Shown here piece after piece: positions 36,850-40,334 of a stretch of 40,334 nt of DNA. The DNA comes from a virus (Duplodnaviria > Caudoviricetes): positions 1-40,334 of IMG/VR virus record IMGVR_UViG_3300032218_003137; one strand, 5' to 3'. Numbering within the stretch: the stretch's first letter is position 1; each line of letters starts with the position of its first letter. The notes below the pieces were generated by a model. The model searched no databases, was not told where the DNA came from, and saw nothing but the letters and a program-made list of their open reading frames with translations. Made by a program: the position numbers and the translations under genes.

Positions 36850-37274
36850 AAAAAAAAGACGCGGCGCAGAGTGTGTGTCGCGGGAGCGAACCAACCATTG
36901 ACGGAGGTTGTCCCCGATGCTCCCACGACGCTTCTGCGCCGCACGTCATGTGAGGTGCCAGCAAAGCTGGCGACCCTCGACGCCCGACGGCCGAAGCCGT
37001 CGTGTCAAGTTGACGGGCGGTTCCATGCGGCAAAAGCCGCAGGGTTTGCCCGGTTGCCGGCGCGGACCGAAGCCCCGCCGGTAGGTGGTCCTCATCCGAG
37101 GACCACAGTGCGAGGTGTTTGCTAGTCCACACCCGGTGGACATCACCTCGGTTGCGACTCACGACTGCTGCCGCTGTCGTGTGGCGCTCCGCTTGGAGCT
37201 GCCGAGTCGCGACCTTGCTGGGCCTCCGTCCGCCGACTGCAACGCGACGGAGGCCCGAACCATGGCAGCGTAGC
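36850..37274 (-). ncRNA. candidate highly structured non-coding RNA downstream of the major capsid gene, ending in a U8 terminator
   Basis: About nine consecutive stem-loops, two with cUUCGg loops. G-U pairs form only on the minus strand. No credible ORF overlaps it. Confidence 0.65.
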
Positions 37275-38696
37275 CTACTTGTGCTCGACGGTCAGCATGC
37301 GCTTGTAGCGCGACTTGTCGCCGACGGTCGAGTCGGTGCGGACAACGAAGTCGCCGACGTAGCGCCAGCTCGTCGAGACGAGGTCCTGCAGGCGGTTCAG
37401 CGGGGCGCGCATGATCAGCGTCACCTTGTCGCTGTTGACCTCGATGCCGTTGTTCGTGATGGCCGGCGTCGCGAGCTTGCCCGTCAGGCCAGCGTCGGTG
37501 ATGTACTGACCGACGTCCTGGTAGTACTCGTTCAGGCCGCCCTGACCGCTGAACAGCACGCGGTGGATCTCGGTGTTCGCGGCGTTCCAGATCTCGCCGG
37601 CGAACGGGTCGGCCTCGGTGAAGATCTCCGTCGCGTTGCTGTCGCCAGCACCGATGACGGTCTCCTTGACCGGGCACTCGGTGTTGCGGAAGAACGTGAC
37701 GCCAAGCATCTGGCCGATGGCGAACTGCCGGTACATGTAATAGTCCGGCAAGCTGGTGTTGAGGCGCTGGAACTCGGTCGACTCGTAGATCTCGGCCTCG
37801 GAAATGGGGTCGAGGTGCGAGTGGAACGAGCCGTCCGCGTACTCGGGCACGTTCTGCTGGCGGAAGCGAGCGACCGCCGAACGGATCTGCGTCATCGAGA
37901 AGATCGCGTCAACGGAGTCGACCGTCGAGTTGATCCCCTGGCCGCCGTTCGACGCGGCGCGGATGACGATGCTGCGGTCGTACGAGAGCACCGCGTTGCG
38001 GTCGGCGACGTTGCCCGAGAGAGCGGTGCCGAGCACGAGCGAGCCCGGTCCGATCTCGTCACCAGCGGTCGTCGGGACGTAGCCCACGACGGTGTTGGCG
38101 ACGAGCGAGCCACCGATGTTGATGACGATGGGCAGCGGGTTGCCCGAGGTCACCGGAGCGAAGCGGACCGGCGAGCCAGCGGGCAGGTCGGGGCGGCGCG
38201 CGCTCGTGAAGCCGTTGAGGCGCAGCACCGGCAGGATGGACGCGCCCGAGGACGCTCCGCCGTCGCACACCGTCTGGCCGTCGAGGGCGGAGTTGTACAT
38301 CTTGTTGCGGGCGAGACGGTTGACCGTCTTCGCGGCCGCAAGGCCGAGCTGCTGGGCGTTGCGCACGAACAGGTCAGCGATGGCGTTCACGCTGGTCGGG
38401 ATGTTCGTGTCGATGGAGCCGGAGTAGCTCTGGAGCTGAGCAATCCACTGCTCGTTCGAGTACGTCGACGGGGTCGGGTCGACGTTCGCCTGCTGCGGCT
38501 TGAGGTTGATATCCAGCAGGCCGGCGCCCGTGAAGTACATGCTGTCGCCGAGGTTCGCCGTCCAAGCCTTCTGCTCGGCGTCGCCACGGAACAGCATGCG
38601 GGGGAAGAGGGAGTCGTGGAAGGCGCGCTCGAGCAAGCCCTCCTGCACGAGAGCGCGGACCTGGCCGCTCTGGGCAATGACGCTGAAATCAGCCAT
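37275..38696 (-). CDS. major capsid protein
   Basis: 473 aa following a scaffold gene. QLGLAAAKTVNRLARN spine helix; IGQMLGVTFFRN; IMRAPLNRLQDLVSTSWRYVGDF. Confidence 0.85.
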   Translation of the reverse strand: MADFSVIAQSGQVRALVQEGLLERAFHDSLFPRMLFRGDAEQKAWTANLGDSMYFTGAGLLDINLKPQQANVDPTPSTYSNEQWIAQLQSYSGSIDTNIPTSVNAIADLFVRNAQQLGLAAAKTVNRLARNKMYNSALDGQTVCDGGASSGASILPVLRLNGFTSARRPDLPAGSPVRFAPVTSGNPLPIVINIGGSLVANTVVGYVPTTAGDEIGPGSLVLGTALSGNVADRNAVLSYDRSIVIRAASNGGQGINSTVDSVDAIFSMTQIRSAVARFRQQNVPEYADGSFHSHLDPISEAEIYESTEFQRLNTSLPDYYMYRQFAIGQMLGVTFFRNTECPVKETVIGAGDSNATEIFTEADPFAGEIWNAANTEIHRVLFSGQGGLNEYYQDVGQYITDAGLTGKLATPAITNNGIEVNSDKVTLIMRAPLNRLQDLVSTSWRYVGDFVVRTDSTVGDKSRYKRMLTVEHK

Positions 38697-38779
38697 GTGT
38701 CACCTGAGTCTGTGCGGAAGAGAAAAGTCTCGGAGATTCCGCGAGCCACCCGAGACGAAGCTGTCTCCCGCGAGCCCTA

Positions 38780-39643
38780 TTACCCGCGAGAATACTGAAT
38801 GCCGAGCTGCGCGAGACGCGCCTTGAGTTGCTCGGGTGACGCCTTGCGGGCGTCGAACTGCTCGGCCTGCGCGATGGTGGATGCTGCCTGACCCGGCGCG
38901 GCCGGTCGTGCTTGCGGTCCCTCGCCGCCCGTGCCGGTCGTCGCGGCGACGCGCGACTCGCCAAACAGGAACGGCTTGTTGGTACGAAGGGACTTGAGGA
39001 ACTCTTCGGTGGAGTACGCGGCGAGCTCGGGGTCCGTCTCGAGCTTCGACTGGATGTCCCGTCGCATGAGCGAAAGGGCGTAGTCGACCTCTTCACGAAC
39101 GCCAGCGCGGAGCAGCACTTCCTTCATCTCGCTCTCTGCCTGGTACTCCTCGAGCTGCTGCCGGTAGCGGCGCGCCTCACGGCTGGCCTTCTCCGACTCC
39201 TTGCGGGCACGTTCGAGTTCCTTCGCGATGCGCAGCGCCTCGGTCCCGACGGCGTCCTTCGACCCGCCGACGGCCTTGGCCTGCTGCTGGACCTGCGCCT
39301 GCCTCTGCGCGGGCCTCGTCTCGACGACCTCGTCCGACGCGCCGGAGCGCGACGTCTCGAGCGCCTTGAACATCGCGTCAACGCTGTCGAAGCCGAAAGC
39401 CTTCGCCTTCTGCTCGACCTCGCTGAGTGCGCCCTTCCTGCCCTTCTCGGCTGCCTCGGCCTTCAGCTTCGCGAAGGCGCTGGTGGGCAGCGAGATGGTC
39501 TTGCCCTGCGTCTGCGCCTCGGCCGCGCTCGTCGTCGTCGCGACAGCGTCGCCCGAGACGAAGTTGCCGGGAACAACGGGTTGAGCGGTCGCCACAATGG
39601 CGTCGCCGGCCTGTACAGGGGTGCTGCTGGTGTTTTCCGACAT
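38780..39643 (-). CDS. capsid scaffolding protein
   Basis: Charged coiled coil; LRTNKPFLFG followed by a Gly/Pro/Ala tail; directly before the capsid gene. Confidence 0.8.
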   Translation of the reverse strand: MSENTSSTPVQAGDAIVATAQPVVPGNFVSGDAVATTTSAAEAQTQGKTISLPTSAFAKLKAEAAEKGRKGALSEVEQKAKAFGFDSVDAMFKALETSRSGASDEVVETRPAQRQAQVQQQAKAVGGSKDAVGTEALRIAKELERARKESEKASREARRYRQQLEEYQAESEMKEVLLRAGVREEVDYALSLMRRDIQSKLETDPELAAYSTEEFLKSLRTNKPFLFGESRVAATTGTGGEGPQARPAAPGQAASTIAQAEQFDARKASPEQLKARLAQLGIQYSRG

Positions 39644-39798
39644 GGTGCCTTGTCCGCGTAGTTACCGCCCGCGTATGGCGTGGCGGCACGCTGTCGAGAG
39701 GGTTGTGTCTCCCGGTAGAAGATGGGGCTCGACGAGCGGGAGACGTACCCGCCGAGCCCCTATCGGTCAGTGAGGGGGGCACCGACCGAATGCTGAGA

Positions 39799-40188
39799 CT
39801 AGAAGCCGAATGCCTCGTCCTTGAGGGCGGCGGCAGCGGCGGCGTAGGTCACGACGCACTCGGTCACGGCCGAGGCGAACTCGAGCGAGAGGCCGTCGTC
39901 GGCCAGCAGGCAGACGCCGATCTCGCTGCCCACGTCGACGGCAATGCCGCCCGAGTCGACGACGAGGTACGCGCCGAGCGAGCCGCCAGCGGTCACGCGC
40001 ACGCACACGCCCGCCGGCGCGAACGCCGCCTTGCTGAGCAGCACGGTCGTGGAGCTGGCCTGCGTGATGGTCTCGACCTGCTTGTACAGCATCGAGCCGA
40101 GGTCGACCTTGCGAAGGGCGTCGGAGATGAAGCCGGGGTTCGCCTGGGTGAGGCCAAGCTCGAGGGTCTGGGGAACGGTGGTCGTCAT
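39799..40188 (-). CDS. head-module structural protein (possible decoration protein)
   Basis: 129 aa, beta-rich, upstream of the scaffold gene. Confidence 0.55.
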   Translation of the reverse strand: MTTTVPQTLELGLTQANPGFISDALRKVDLGSMLYKQVETITQASSTTVLLSKAAFAPAGVCVRVTAGGSLGAYLVVDSGGIAVDVGSEIGVCLLADDGLSLEFASAVTECVVTYAAAAAALKDEAFGF

Positions 40189-40199
40189 TGCAGTAGTCC

Positions 40200-40334
40200 C
40201 TATCGTTGCGCGCCGACCGTGAATCGGACGGACGCGGAAGTGGTGGCTGAGAGATTCGTGATCGACAGCGTTCCGCTCAGCACGTTGCTGTCGAGGATGA
40301 GCACAAGGGTCGTGCCGCGAGCGTCGAGGACGCC
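40200..40334 (-). CDS. partial hypothetical structural protein (5' end outside the window)
   Basis: Open frame GVLDARGTTLVLILDSNVLSGTLSITNLSATTSASVRFTVGAQR*, with TAG at 40200-40202. Confidence 0.6.
   Translation of the reverse strand, partial: GVLDARGTTLVLILDSNVLSGTLSITNLSATTSASVRFTVGAQR

Noticed and set aside
36850-37274. Hairpin series as a CRISPR or TIGR-like array, self-splicing intron or c-di-GMP riboswitch (GGGCAAACC)
   Set aside because: No repeated unit or fixed period, no recognisable intron core, the rest of the riboswitch consensus is missing, and no Cas or Nop-domain gene is nearby.
2651-38798. Many long antisense or alternative-frame ORFs (for example 2651-3742 +, 22562-24250 +, 37119-38798 +)
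   Set aside because: Arg/Ala/Gly-rich shadow frames of real high-GC genes, without RBS or motifs.
1-40334. Alternative genetic code, tRNA genes or integrase/att sites
   Set aside because: TAA, TAG and TGA all end credible genes, and no tRNA cloverleaf or recombinase was recognised.

Overview
This GC-rich 40 kb window is part of a tailed dsDNA phage genome with a contractile tail (myovirus morphology). From 40334 down to about 5574 the minus strand carries one long late module. It runs: head decoration, scaffold, major capsid, head-tail joining proteins, sheath, an inserted HNH endonuclease, tube, chaperone, tape measure, baseplate, eight fibre or adhesin-type genes, and a membrane-protein (lysis-like) cassette. 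The left 5.7 kb holds small plus-strand genes, an M15 peptidase endolysin with a zinc finger, a beta sliding clamp, an SF2 helicase and a Holliday-junction resolvase. No terminase, portal, integrase, tRNA or CRISPR array was seen. The most unusual element is a ~430-nt non-coding stretch directly after the capsid gene that folds into about nine stem-loops and ends in a U8 terminator, a candidate new phage ncRNA. Also notable are an autotransporter-passenger (PATR) beta-helix protein whose cap-like domain appears to be a separate upstream gene, four fibre genes sharing a modular domain, and a non-canonical spanin-like pair. All family assignments come from motifs and gene order read by eye; no database search was run.
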